This document shows, in pieces, positions 24,601-38,237 of a stretch of DNA of 64,000 nucleotides (its first letter is position 1; every line of letters begins with the position of its first letter). Source of the DNA: Takakia lepidozioides (Eukaryota; Plantae; Bryophyta); assembly GCA_030704615.1 (NCBI GenBank), contig CM060732.1, positions 17,112,001 to 17,176,000 of the forward strand. The letters run 5' to 3'. A model generated the notes under the pieces. That model did no database searches. It saw only the letters and a list, made by a program, of their open reading frames with translations, and was not told the origin of the DNA. The translations under genes were made by a program, and so were the position numbers.

Positions 24601-25539
24601 AGTTTTATTTGCAAGGGTTTCTTCTTTTAACTTACAAAATACAGTAGGATTTTCCATAGATATCCATCAACAATACAAATAGGTGTTACATTTGAATGAT
24701 TAACTAAATAGATCTCATGTAGTACTTACAGTTGCGCATTCCTATTGGAATCTGCACTTGTTGTTGATCTGCTTATACATGTGTGCATTCATGTGCAGGA
24801 CATGCGATCTTGACTGGGCTAGAGTACTGGGAACTGGAAACAAGAGTAGCTTGAACTGGTGTTGGCGAGATCAGTACACCCAGCCCTTACATCAGCCTAT
24901 TATAAAACACTGCCCACAAACTTCTGCAATCCAACCCAATTTGCAAACTTCCAAAGGAATGACGCAGAAGGTCTTGGGGCAGAATGAGGCATGCTGTGGA
25001 CAATCAGGGAGGAGGAAGGTGCTCCGTCTGTCACATTTTTGGATCCATGTATGTGCAATGGGTAGTTGGGTAGTTGGGCTACCGTTGAGAGATTAGATTC
25101 TTGAAAACACTCCACTTTTTTGTTCATCTGGAGGCACTGCACAGACTTGAAACATTGAACCATTGTCTTCTTATCATATTTGCCATCAATTGTCGAATCT
25201 TTTTTTACCCAATTGGCTCGTGACACCGTGTATTTGTGCAAATAATATATTCTCCATATTATAAATTACATACAAATGATATTATATTTAAATATATATA
25301 AACATAATAAATTCAATAAACATACAACAAAAATTAAACCAAAGTCCCTTGTTCTTTGAGAAATAAAATAAAAAACAAATAAAAAACAAATTCAAAACAA
25401 AAATAAAAATAAACAGAAAACAAATGCATCCATCCATCCACGTGACATGTGGCTCGTTGTGGCATCCGTGCGAGATAACGTCGTCCCTACACCTGTCATC
25501 ATCTGAAATTGACACGTAGCAGTCCGGGGAGAGTCGTGT

Positions 25540-25760
25540 CTTGCTAGAAAACAGTCAGGACGTGACCAAAAATAAGGTCATGTATCTTGCTCATTAGGGG
25601 ATGTCACCCAGAGTCATGTTCACGACGCGGATATTAAAGTCATCATAACGACACGGTCTGCATGACTCTTTGCAAAAGAGTAAAAAATGAGTCAAAATGA
25701 TCCAAAGAGTCATGAAAACAATAAAAAAAAGTGTCATGAAACCCGTTTTTTGTACTAGTG
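25540..25760. mobile_element. CACTA element right terminus with subterminal GTCATG/CATGAC repeats
   Basis: Ends ...CCCGTTTTTTGTACTAGTG (reverse complement CACTAGTACAAAAAACGGG). No partner end found in the window. Confidence 0.8.
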
Positions 25761-27099
25761 AGGGGCTGTTGGACAAGTAGAATCAGAGTTAGGGTAGGTT
25801 CTTTCTGTTTGAGGTACTTGGGGAGATGAGGAGTATGAACATACTTAAGCTGGTTTGGGTCAATTGTGGCGAGTAGATTGACCCCTTCTAGAAGGCGTAG
25901 GAGAGGGTGAGAGGTACTATGTCGCGCACCTCACTTCGGTAAACTCCCCTTCAAGTCATAGTTACTCGCTTTGATGCGCACGCCTAACTCCCAAACTGGC
26001 TGCCGGCCAACTCGGAGCTTCGGCTGCTCACCAGGGCATAACGGTCCCCCTTGCGCCTCCAAAATACCCTCCACCACTTTGGGCCTAGTGGAAATTCCCT
26101 TTGGTAGATGACAGTCCGGAATAGCTCCCCACGCCTTGGTCGCTTTCCGGATCGCACGATTACTCACTAGTTTTTTGGTCACCAACAGGCTTGCACCGTT
26201 CTTGGGGTTACTACTCCCTATATATACTTCTGTAGGTGTCCGCGGGGGTTCCACAAGTAGCCAAGTCCAAATCTGGTGCATACCACCTAGACCCTCGACT
26301 GTCCCTGTGATGAGCCGCGGTGAGTCTTGGCCCACCCACCACGGCCCCAATGGACCGTGGTGAGTCCCAAGACTCCCCACGACTCCCACCAAGGCCTCAG
26401 CCTCATGGTGAGTCCTATGCCACCCCCACTACGACTCCCTAAGCTACCACCACCCCTCGTGGAGCCCCCACCATCGCAACCCGGTTTGCGGGGCTCCACC
26501 TAATGAGCGACTCCGCCTCCTTGAGTGCCTTCGGCACTCAAGGGTGCTTCAGCCCCCTTTCCTATTCGCTGCCGCTGCCCCCACCATAAGGGCAACCCCT
26601 CTTGTGTCCCGACCCCCCGCCCTCAAGGCAAAGGGCCGCGACACACACCCCTACCAACGAGGAGTCGGTGTCCTCATCGACTTGTCCCTTTTTGTGGAAA
26701 CTAACATCCAAATTGTGGCGTCTCACATCAAGGAGTTTGTTTTCGTACCATGGCGTTCCATGACAAAGAACCAAACCCCCACTTGACTCTATTCCCCACT
26801 AGCTAGTTCGGCCGACTTCCTCCAAATCACGACCAAGGCTGGAGCCTCTCAAGCTCCACCCAGTGCACTCTTCTTGGCCCACTTCAAGGCTAAGGATTGA
26901 TCCTCCTCGAGGATCGAATCGCCTTACTGCAACAACATTGTTTGCGACCGCTCATGATGCCGTTTTTTTGGCATCACCTTGAGCAATGGTTCACCTTGAA
27001 CATTTTTTTTTTACTAGGAAGATAACCTTGAACCAACTGTGCGCCCTAATCACTACAATTGCATCCGCCTTGGAATGCTGGTCTGAGGTACGGGAACAC

Positions 27100-30000
27100 G
27101 CCGAAGCCACACTACGACCTCATCCCGAGGCTGCACGATTATAGTACGTGAACGGAAGTACGTAGCTTCCGCGTTAACCCGCACTACAAGGCAACCCCCT
27201 CGGTAGCCCAGTTATAGTACGCGCACGTGCCAGGTGCGCACTAGCACGTGAACTCCCAAAGAAGACGTAAGTTTCCTTGCCCCTTGGATGGGAGTCACCC
27301 GATTTTGGCGCTGCGCAAACACACGATTAATCCAATTTACCTCTCCCACTTTTGCAAGCTAGCATGCATTCTACACACTAGCCAATCATACCATGTATCA
27401 CCGTTCCAAACAAAATATGACACACAACATTTGGAAACCATTTCATTTATAAACAGGATTTGTACAAGACAAGTCTTTACAATCGGATTCCTGAGCTAGC
27501 TAAGCCGGACTAAGCATGCATTTCCTCCCCCCACGATCCAAGGTTGATGTCCCCATCAACGCTTCTTCCGCTTTTGAGGTCGCCCTTCGAAAGCTGCAAC
27601 CGCCTCGGATGCGTTTCCCATTTCTGAGGCACGCACCCAAGTTGCCTCCACTTGATGATAGCCCTTCCATTTCACGAGATACTCTGTTTCTTGATTCTTG
27701 AACCTCCTCGACTTAAGCAATGCCTCCACCTCGTACTCAGGTTCGTTTCCATGATCCAACAGCACATGTGGCGGACGCAACACTTGATGCCGATTCGGAC
27801 GTGCTTTATCTTTGAAGTAAGGCTTCAAAAGGGAAACGTTGAATACCGGATCCACCTTACTGTCTGCTGGCAGCTCCAACTCATAACCATCCTCATTCAT
27901 AACCTTTCGGATGTGAAAAGGCCCCGTATACATAGGTACGAATTTCAGACTCACTTCCGGGGGTAGTAAATTTTTTTTGATGTTCAACCAGACCTCCGTG
28001 CCTGCCTTAAACTTAACTTCCCTCCGCTTCCGATTCGTCTACCGCTCATAGCGTTTCCTAACTTTGACAATGTTGTACTTTGTGAGCTCCAACAAACGTT
28101 CGCGTTCTTCCAACACCGCTGTTGCTGCCGGCTCCTCACCGTCCTGAACTTGTGGACACTAGAGGTGCTTTTCTATAGCCCGATACGAAGGGGGAAGCCC
28201 CCATTGTGGAGTGTTCTGTGTTATTATAACAGCACTCTACCACATGCAAGTACTCCACCCAGTCTGACTGGTCTGCCGACACATAGTTCCGCAAGAGCTG
28301 CTTCACCACTGAGTTTACTCTTTCCGTTTGGCCGTCCGTTGTAGGTCGGAAGGCCGTGCTCATCTTGGGCCTTGTCCCCATCTTCTTCCAAAGTGCCATC
28401 CAAAATTTACTTGTAAACTTTGGATCGCAGTCCGAGACAATATCCTTCAGGAGTCCATTATGCTTGAAGATGTGGGCGAAGTAAAGTTGCCCGGTCTCCT
28501 GCGCCGTTGCCGTCTCCTTGGTGGGGATGACATGGCCCATTTTACTGAACCTATCCACCACCACCATGATCGCATCGAATCATTTTGACAGCGGCAAAGC
28601 AATCATGAAATCCATTGAGACACTCTCCCAAGACCCCTCTAGAATCGGTAAAGGTTGTAACATCCTCGCTTGCTTTTTGTACTCGCTCCGATTTTGTTGG
28701 CATGTGGTGCATGTCTTGACATACTTCTCGGCCTCCTCCCTCAGTTTGGGCCAGAAATACTCTTCTTCAAGAGTGTCGCGGTGCGTTGGCTCCGCCGTGG
28801 CCCGCAAGCAGGCCATCGTGACATTCTCTCAAGGGATTATCTCTGATCCCTCCCTTCGGCACGTAGAGACGCTTTTGCTTGTACCGGAGCAGTCCATTGT
28901 GCAAGTGGACACTACAGGAAAAGGGGGGGGGGGGGTTAGCGATGCCTACCCCCCCGTGACGCCCCCGCCGCGTCCCCATGTTGCGACACCCCCGCCGCAT
29001 CTCCATCTTGCGATGCCCAAGGCGTCCCAACCATACTGCCAAAATCCAAGTTTTTATGGATTTTGGCGAAGTCCCCGAGACGTCGCAATGGACAAATTAA
29101 AAAAAAAAAACATCACAGCTGGGCTGCGACGCACTAGGGGTCGGCCCCTGATATGACGCACAGGGCGTCAATTGTGAGGTTGCGACGCTTTTGCAACGCC
29201 CAGGGCGTCGCAATAAGCACCTTGGGTTTTAAAATAGTAATAAAAATAAGAATAAAAACGTCGCAATAAAATACAATGCCTTGGGCGTCGCATCAAGCAC
29301 CCCGGGAGGGCAATTTAAAAATTAAAATTAAAATTTAAAAAAAAAACGTCACATTTTTATGCGTCGCATTTTGAGTTTTTTCTTTATAAGTCATTTGTAG
29401 CGACGCCGTGTCGCTTTTTGAGGTCGCAACAAGCAACGCTCGCATGAACTACCTTATGTACAATTAAATCATGAGTTTGTGTGTAAGTTCGGTAACTGAT
29501 ATGTTGGTTGGTGTGAAGTGTCTTACTATGTGTATAATTTAGAGGTCTTGAGTTCAAATTTGTCTAACAATATGTTGAATGAATTAGGAACTCAATATGT
29601 GTCGGCTACTTGCAAAATCATGTTGAAGGGTTAGGTTTGACACTACGTGGCAAGTGTGTGTCCCACCATTTTTTGAACCATGCACAATCCCGGTTTTTTT
29701 TTGAACTGTGTGGATCCCGCCATTTTTCAAAATTAAAAATTAAAAAAAAACTTCAAAAGCGACGTCGCTACCAAACAGCGACCCCCAGGGCGTCGCATTT
29801 TAAAAACGATATATATATATATTGGCCCTATATGGCTATAGCGACGCCCGGAGAGTCGCAGTCATTTTGCGACGCCCAGGGCGTCGTTAGTGCGAATTTT
29901 CAGGGGGTTGGATCTGCGACCCCCTGACGTCGCATTAAGTCCGAAAATCTGCGACGGCCCAATAGTATGCATCAGGTGTCGTAGATTTGCGATTTTCGCG

Positions 30001-31825
30001 GGGCCGGATAATTGCGATTAGCGACGCCAGGGCCGTCGCTAAACCCCCCTAAATGATGTAGTGGGAACTGCGACTTAACCCCCAGCCTCAAGTCCCGAAT
30101 CACTGATTTCGCCATCTCATCTTTCCGATAGGACTTCCGAATTTTCCTCTGGAACTCCATCTCGCCTCTATACACCCACATGAGCTGTTGCTTTCTACTT
30201 AGATCATCGGCCACCATATTGTCCCGTCCCGGTTTGTACTAGAAATCCACGTCGAACAATGCCAAAGTGTCTTGCCACCTAATTTGTTTTGGGGACAACT
30301 TAGGTTGTGTGGCAAAATACTTCACTGTGATATTGTCCATGAACACCTTCACTGGGTTGGAACCAACATAATGGCGCCAAAGCTCAAGGCAATGCATCAC
30401 CGGTTTCATTTCTTTCTCATGCGTTGGCCAACGTCGCTCCACTTCATTCAGTTTCTTACTCTCGTAAGCCACTGGACGTCCCTCCTGCATTAGCACACCC
30501 CCAATTGTGAAGTACGACGCATCCGTGTGAATCTCAAATGGACGGTCGAACTCCAGGATTTTCAAGACTGGAGCTTCCGCCATCCGCTGCTTCAACTCGG
30601 CAAAAGCTTGGGCACAAAAAGTGTTCCATATCCATACCTTGGACTTACACAAAAGGTCTGACAGCGGCCCCGCGATCTTGGCAAAATTTCTCACACTTTC
30701 GGTAGTAGGAGGCGAGTCCCAGAAAAGATCGCACTCCCGGGACCGAAGTCAGAGGTTCCCAGTCCAAGATCACCCTCACCTTTCCATTGTGATCTCATCT
30801 TGTGTAATCACATGCCCTAGGAACTCCACTTTGGTGAGCCCAAAAGGCATCACCAAGAATTCATATGAACCATACTTTGTCCCGCACGTGGTCTTCTCCT
30901 CATCTCCTTCCGCCACTCGGATTTGGTGGTAACCCGAGCGCAAATCGATCCGGTTGAAATACTTTGCGCCTGCCAACCGATCGAAGAGGTCGTCAATTCT
31001 TGTCAAAGGGTACCGGTTTTTTATAGTCACCTTGTTTAGAACCCTGTAATCGACACACATCCGCAGCGTTCCATCCTTTTTGTCTGCGAATAGTACCGGG
31101 GCTCCATAAGATGACTTACTTGGCCGGATGTATCCCTTTGCCATGAGGTCCTTGAGTTGCTCCTTTAGCTCCATCAACTCCCTATGGCTCAACCGGTACG
31201 GTGCCTTGGCAGGCGGCTCTATTCCCAATATCACCTCAATCTTATGGTTGACCCCTCTTCGCGGTGGCAAACCGCTCCGCAAATCCTCCAGCATCACATC
31301 TTGGTATTTCTTCAAGATCCCCTTGATCCAATCTGGGCTCGGCTCCCTATCAACTTCTCCTTCCATTTGTCTCACATAAAGCAAAAACTGGGGCTCGTGT
31401 GGCTCCTGCATGGCCCACTCCTTTGCTGTCAGCAGGTTTATTCGCCCTCCTACTCGGTTGGGCGTTTTCGACACCCGTAAAACTTCGCCACCATTCCCAC
31501 ACGGTAGCGTGACTACCCTCTTGCAGCCATCTATGATCGCTCTGGATTTGCTCAAGAATGACATCCTCAAAATGAGATCCACTCCATCGATCTCACAAAT
31601 CGTGAAGTTCTCATGCCGCAGCTGAAGAGGGATATCGAACGCCACTTTCATCGCTAGTTGTGGTTCTCCTTTGGCAGAACGCACTTCAATAGAGACCCCC
31701 ACATCACTCGTCGAGAGCCCCAGCTTCCGTGCCATTGCCGGTGTCATGAAGGAGTGCAACGCTCCTGTGTCCACCAACAACGACACGTTGGACGGGTGCC
31801 CCCGCGGGAGGTTGAAGAGTGTCTT
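27100..31825 (-). mobile_element. Chromovirus-type Ty3/gypsy element (protease-RT-RNase H-integrase-chromodomain, PPT, 3' LTR), degenerate
   Basis: [22 protein letters not shown] (the YxDD segment is deleted), HTDAS, VVVDRFSKM, TDGQTER, and chromodomain EYEVEALL..EYLVKWKGY..EATW. PPT at ~27521-27534. Left LTR boundary approximate. Confidence 0.93.
28910..30063. mobile_element. Non-autonomous CACTA element nested in the chromovirus
   Basis: CACTAC...GTAGTG ends, 3-bp TSD GGA (28907-28909 and 30064-30066), many GCGACG/CGTCGC subterminal repeats. Excision restores the frame SQFHLHNGLLRYK. Confidence 0.95.
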
Positions 31826-31899
31826 CTTTGCTGAGCCAGTTTTCACAGCTTTCACAATAAGACGGGGTAGAGGGGATTTTGGCTGGCCACTGAACACTG

Positions 31900-33290
31900 G
31901 ATTAATATCCTTCAGCATTTTTTTGAATTCTGTGTTGCGAGTTTGCTAGTGGGGACCCCAGGCTGCAAACTCTTCCGCTATCGGGCCACGTAATTCACCT
32001 TCCTCATTCTCAATGGAAACATAGAAGGCGGCAGACCCCATGGGAGGAGGGGAGCAGTGTGCTTGCAATGCAGCCGATAACCTTCTCGGAATGCGAGCTT
32101 CATCTTATCCACATCCCATGCAAGAGCAGGCCTCACTATCAGGAGGGAGACCATTCGACATAGTGGAATTCGCAGTGTACAAAGGAAGACCTTGGTCCTA
32201 AGAACTCTGCCAATGCTGCTGTGAGTCTCCTCCAACATTTGATCCGCTGCACTCTGGAAATCCTCCGGCGACATTTTTGGAGGTGGGGGAAAGGGCTGAT
32301 CAGATGGACCACCCAGAGCCGTGCCTGTATTTTTGGGAATGTAGCCGGGCAGATCATGTAGGAGAATGTAGTCGTCCATATCTCCCTTGTTGTCACGAAA
32401 GTCCTGTCCCAGGTAGGAGAAGTCGAGCTCCCCATGTTGAGAAGCAGCACCTTCATCCACTGAAAGATCGACCAGGAGCTTCAACTCGTGGAAGGGGTTT
32501 TGCTGGAGACTGCTTTGCCCTTGCTTTCGCCCCCTTCTGCTTCTTACTCTTTGCAGGGGAAGGGGACTCCTCCGTTCTCGTCTGATTCTCCACTGCCCCC
32601 CTTCTGCTTCTTGTTCTTCGTAGGGGAAGGGGATTGATCCGGTGGGGTAGTATATTCCTTAACGACCGCCTGATGCTTCATGCTCTTTAATTTGCTGGAG
32701 AAGGGGACGACCCCTGTTGGCGACTTTCCATCATCTTCATTGTCAAACCTACCTCTTTCTCTGCTGCTTTCGACTTGAAACCTTTACCTTTCCAAAGCAC
32801 GTCCTTGAAGAGCACAAGGCTAGGCCCGACAAGAGGACCCGTGCTTGAAGGGCGGGGGTGTGCGCGAGCTGTAGTAGCTTCCCCAGTTTTGTCTTGCGGG
32901 TCTTCAGAGCCTTGTGATCCCTCCACCACCTCCACCTTTGGAATCAGACATCCAAACATTTCCATGCATTCGAGTATCCTAGCAACAGGCCACACGAAGC
33001 AACAAAAAAGCACAACGCAAAGAAGGTTTCAGTGCTCGATCAGGGGACCGCATCCCGAAATCACCAAGCTCTCACTAGAGGCTGCGTCGACCGCGTCGCC
33101 TGTTGCACATTGATGACCATCTCCTCCCGAAGGCGAAGCTGCTTCCTCTTCGGCATTGGTCTCGGTTCGAAGTATAGTTTGCGGAGCTTGCGACGACGTC
33201 TCTTCTCTGGCACAACAACTTCCTCACTATCAGGCTGCAACATAAGAGAAACTGAAGAGAAGAAATGAGGCAAAGAGTGGTGTTGCAAGG
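31900..33290 (-). pseudogene. TE-associated ORF remnant, possibly the N-terminal half of a ParB/Srx-like domain
   Basis: LRIPLCRMVSLLIVRPALAWDVDKMKLAFREGYR, then (shift) GSAAFYVSIENEEGE..WGPH*QTRNTEF. Resembles from memory a repeated moss hypothetical-protein family that carries DGNHR downstream; that part is absent here. Confidence 0.45.
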
Positions 33291-33549
33291 GGTGCTAGAG
33301 CAATGAAAGAGTCACTAGCAAAAGATGACATCAAACGGCGGAGATGCACCGTATGGATTCGAAAGGTCGGGGCCTATGTGTCTCCTCGTGAGGCAGGGGG
33401 CCCCTACGTCGTCGGTAAATTGAATTCAAGGAAATCTAGGGTCTAGTGTCTGTCGGACAGTCAATGATGATGCAACGGTCTGGCACTACCGCCTCCGAAC
33501 ATGTGCTGGCAATGACCCCTTCAACTGCCGTTTCAACCTCCATGAGTCA

Positions 33550-36140
33550 ACAGACCGAATGCGGTGCCACATTAGTGGCCGTTCGATCGGGATACCTCCC
33601 TACCGCATCCCGAGAGACGATAAAGATGCAAGGGTGGATGACAGTTAGTGCTAAATGCGATGCCGCATTTCCGTTGAACCTGTCATAAAGAAAATGAACA
33701 ATGGCAGTCCGAACAGAAATGCGGCGCCGCATTCCAGTTCAACTACCAGGTACGCAAACTGAAGTGGTCTTCTGGGACGGGAATGCGACACATCATTTCC
33801 ATCCCACCAGATATAAAGGGATGGTCCACTATCAGTCCGGACGGAAATACGGTGGCGCATTTCCGTCCAGACTGTAAGGAAAGCAATGTCTTGACGGAAA
33901 TGCGGCACCGTATTTCCATCCGACCACCTGTTCAGGAATACAGTTGGAGCCCGGACGAAAATGCGGTACCGCATTTCCGTCCCACCAGGTATTAAGGGAT
34001 GCTTAGGTGTCAGTCCGGACGGAAATGCAGAACCGTATTTCCGTCCAGACTGTTAGAATGGCATGGTGGAATGGAAGCCTAGACGGAAATGCGGCACCGG
34101 ATTATCGTCCCACTATGTATCAAGGATGATTAGGTGTCAGTTAGGACGGAAATGCGGCATCGCATTTCCGACCCACCAGGTATAAAGTGATGGGTAGGTG
34201 TCAGTCTGGATAGAAATGCGGCACCGCATTTTCGTCGCCAGGTTCATCCCCCCGCCTCCTTTCCCCAAATGATGATGATCATGCAAGGGGGGATGGCAAT
34301 CGGGATAGAAATGCGGTGCCGCATTTCCGTCTCGATTGCCATCCACCCGTGCTCTTTGCAAGTCGTCTGACAGTTTGTTTTTATTTTATTTTTATTTTTT
34401 TAGGCATCCCTTCTCGATGGGAATTCGGCGCCGCATTTCCACCCAGAGGGGTGGGGATCCCTAATTTTTTGTTTCTTTTGTTTTTCTCTAGTCATCCCCG
34501 CTAGATGGAAATGCGGCGCCGCATTTCCAATAACAGAGGGTACAAGGGGGGGGGGGGGGGAAAGCAACCCTAATTTTTTTTTTTTTTTTCTTGTCATCGC
34601 CACTGGATTGAAATGCGGGGCCGCATTTCCATTCAGAGGGGTGGGGGAAAAGAAAAATGTTGCTTTTTCTTATATATAGATTTTTTTTCCCCCTCTAGTC
34701 AACCGCGCTTGATGGTAATGCGGTGCCGCATTTCCAACAATAGGGGGTAGAGGGGGGAAAAAAATAACCCTAATCTTTTTTCTTCTCTTGTCATCGCCGT
34801 TGGATTGAAATGCGGTGCCCACATTTCCGTCCATAGGGGGTGAGATTGTTTTTTCTTTTTCTTTTTTTTAATTTTAATTTTTTGGTTTTCCTCTAGTCAT
34901 CCATGCTGGATGGAATGCGGAGCCGCATTTCAACAATAGGGGGTAAAGGGGGGGAAACAATAACCCAAATTTGTATTTCCTCTTGTCATCGTAGCTGGAT
35001 TGAAATGCGGCGCCGGATTTCCGTCCATAGGGGTTGAAAAAAGTTTTTTTTTTTTTTTTTTTTTTTTTTTTGGCCCCTTCTAGTCATCCCTGTTGGATTG
35101 AAATGTGGTGCCGCATTTCCAACAACAGGGGGTAGAGGGGGGGGGGAAAAGTTAACCCTAATATTTTTCTTTTCTCTTCTCATGTTCGCTGAATTGAAAT
35201 GCGGCGCCGCATTTCGACCAGAAGGGGGTGGACCAGAAAAATCCAAAAATTTTATTTTTTCGTGTTTTTTCTAGCTCTAGCCGCTGGATGAAAATGCGGC
35301 GCCACATTTCCAACCACATTTCCGTTCCACCATTTCATGAGTTACACCCAGAACGGAAATGCGGCACCGCATTTCCATTCCACCCTTTCGTGATTTAGAC
35401 TTAGAACGTAAATGCAGTACTGCATTTCCGTCCCGACTCATTGAAAAGAAAAGCCCGGACGGAAATGCGGCACCACATTTCCGTTCCACCATTGCATGAG
35501 TTACACCCAGAACGAAAATGCGGTGCCGCATTTCTGTCGAGCGGCATTGAAAGGAAGACCTCGGACGGAAATGCGGCACCGCATTTCCATTCCACCTTTT
35601 CGTGATTTAGACTCAGAACGGAAATGTTATGCCGCATTCCGTCTCGACTCATTGAAAAGAAGAGCCTGGACGGAAATGGGGCATTGCATTTCCGTTCCAC
35701 CATTTCATGAGTTACACCCAGAACGGAAATGCGGTGCCGCATTTCCGTTCCACCTTTTCGTAAGTGAAGACCCCGGACGGAAATGCGGCACCGCATTTCC
35801 GTTCCACCCTTTCGTGATTTAGACTCACAATGGAAATGCAGTGCACATTTCCGTCAAGACACTTTGAAAGGAAGACCCTGGACGGAAATGCGGCACCGCA
35901 TTTCCGTTCCACCATTCAAGACTATCTGGAAGGACCAAAATGCGGACGCATCTCCGTGAGGAGTCTTTGCAAGGAAGAGTCCAGACGGTGGGCATAGCCG
36001 TTCTGGGCATAGCCGGCGTGGGCCAAAGAGGGGCCGTCCAGACTAATGGCATATGTCAGTGTGAACGTTCAACGGGATGTGCACATGGATGTTTTGTCTC
36101 CGTCTAGACGGAAATGCGGCACCGCATTTCCGTCCCACCC
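33550..36140. repeat. Array of ~35 palindromes, consensus GGACGGAAATGCGG-NN-CCGCATTTCCGTCC
   Basis: Three blocks with periods of ~55-65, ~90-110 and ~53 bp. Confidence 0.95.
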
Positions 36141-37773
36141 TGGATCATGCGACCGGAATCGAGGCGTGAGAGGGATATTTGAGCAGCCTCTCCCTTTCAT
36201 ATAGGACTCTGTCCTCGGCATGGCCTCCACTTTATGAGCACAACTTGGTTGTCTAACTGTTTTAACTAACATTCCTGGCATATGTCAGTGTGAACGTTCA
36301 TGTCTACCACGAGAATATGGCAGTATCCACCATTACGAAAATCTGTCAGGAGATGTTATTGGTGCGTCGAATTCCCCATCACTGCCAGCCACCCCTAATA
36401 TGGAATCGGAGCTCCCACCTTCATGCATGTATCTTCAAACTTTCTGTCGGCACTTCAAAGTGGGACTTCCAATCTTCAATGGCCTCCGCGATTCCAAGTA
36501 CGCGGTGCCACTGACCCTTCGTGTCTCACTGTACAGAATCTCGCATCTGGCAACTTCGGAAGGTGTTCGATGGCTCCCAATTCCCACGCTATTGTGTGTT
36601 GCCCTCCTCAAACGGTGAGAGCAAGGATCCCTTCCGAGGGAGGACTTTGCCGAGTGACGGAGACTTACCTTTGTTCCAAATTTAAGCTCAAACCAGGCAC
36701 AATGTATTTGGAAGAAGAAAGGAAGAATGTCCCTGGACAGGTTGTCACCCATTGTAACACTTGCTTCTATGAACTTCTATGTACCCTCTGCTACTTTGGC
36801 TTTGCCTCTTGCAGCCACTTTGATCCACCCTGCCATACTTGGCCCACCCTCAAGATAGGAAACAACTACTCACAGTGGCTCTGGCGCTGAAACCACTAGT
36901 GACATAGGGTACTAGTGCCTCTGGAACCACGTTGAAGATATAATTTGCAATCAACTAGTGAGTTGCTTCTCAACCTACGGAAATAAAAGTAGAACTATCT
37001 AGAAGGTAGAACTATCTAGAAAGTCAACTAGTGAACTAGTGAAGATGGCTGTACCACTTGGCTATACCTACCTAGAGAAATATCTAGAAAGTAGAACTAC
37101 CTAAAGCATCAACCAGTGAAGTAGTGAAAATGGCTATAGCATATGGCTATACCTACCTGCAGATGGGGCCACACCCTACATTCGTGGGCCCACCGACTAC
37201 ACCATGGATTTGTGGGTAAGATGGCTATACCATATGGCTATACCTAGTTGCAGATGGGGCCCACTGACTACACCCGTGGGTGACACGGAGAGCCAGGGCA
37301 AAACTCCGAGTTTGGCCATGTGTTCCTTCTTTCTAGCTTTGCTCGACACCTCACAAGCTAAATTACTCCTACCCACACCCCATTCTAGGTTGTAGAATAC
37401 ATGTACGGATGAAAAATTCATCATCTAGACCCGGGGTAAACCGTGTCAAAAATATTTTTTTGGAATCTAAATCTGGGCATCCTCATATCTGAGGTAGAGA
37501 CCCTTTCCAAAGAATCATTGAGGAATATTCTCACGGGATATAAAATCTTTTCTAGGCTGTCTAAGCCCAGGCCACTGTTGCCATTGCATGGCCTTTCCTG
37601 AATTCCAGACATGATACAAAATCTTCTAAGAATGTAAACCCCGGACGTGGGAATCTTTCCTGAGGTCCGTGTGAGTGCTTGGCCTAGCTGGCTCGTCGAG
37701 AAGGTCATAATTAGGGCTGCCAATCTGACAAGGTTAGCAAAGATGAGCAACACAGATAGTCTGAGCTCCCTAA

Positions 37774-38237
37774 GAGCATCTCCTGCAACACGGTAAGGAA
37801 CCGGGCCGGTGCCAATCTAGTCCCCCCTCAAAGGGTGGGGTCCAAACTAGACCCCAACGGTGCAATAACGCCAAATAGTTTGTGGCGGGCCGCTCAAATT
37901 TGCATTTGCTCCACCACATTTGGCCTAAATAGTGGGCTCCAATTCTGGCCCGTCAATCTGTTTGGATCCCTTCTATGACGACACATATCTGCAACCCACA
38001 TTAATGCGCACACGTTGCCATGGCAGTCTCTCCATCCCAAGCTCTCCCAAATTAGTACCTCCTGCCAGCCCGGCGGGCGGGCCCCAAACTTGCGAGCAAG
38101 GCCAAGATACTGAGGCATTGGGCTTGCACGGCAAGGGTTCTTTTCTACTCTTCCGATATTTTGGAAATTGGCCCCGCCAAGCTGGCCGCCACAATGCATT
38201 TGGTGGGGCATTTTGGCTTGCACCGCAGAAGATGCTC
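37774..38237. mobile_element. PIF/Harbinger (Tourist-like) MITE
   Basis: TIR GAGCATCTCCTGC / GCAGAAGATGCTC, with TAA on both flanks. Confidence 0.88.

Noticed and set aside
25790-27080. Possible LINE ORF1 or other TE remnant
   Set aside because: No diagnostic motif could be read in any frame; left unannotated.
33550-36140. CRISPR array (palindromic repeats with spacers)
   Set aside because: Eukaryotic context with no cas genes. Spacers recur and are related to each other, the period changes between blocks, and the repeats are degenerate.
33446-36281. Many short ORFs with MRHRIS/NAAPHF repeats
   Set aside because: Translation artefacts of the palindrome array on both strands.
37720-37790. 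ARF GTPase-like peptide GDALRELRLSVLLIFAN (minus)
   Set aside because: Part of it lies in the Tourist MITE TIR, and there is no NKQD or other G-box nearby.
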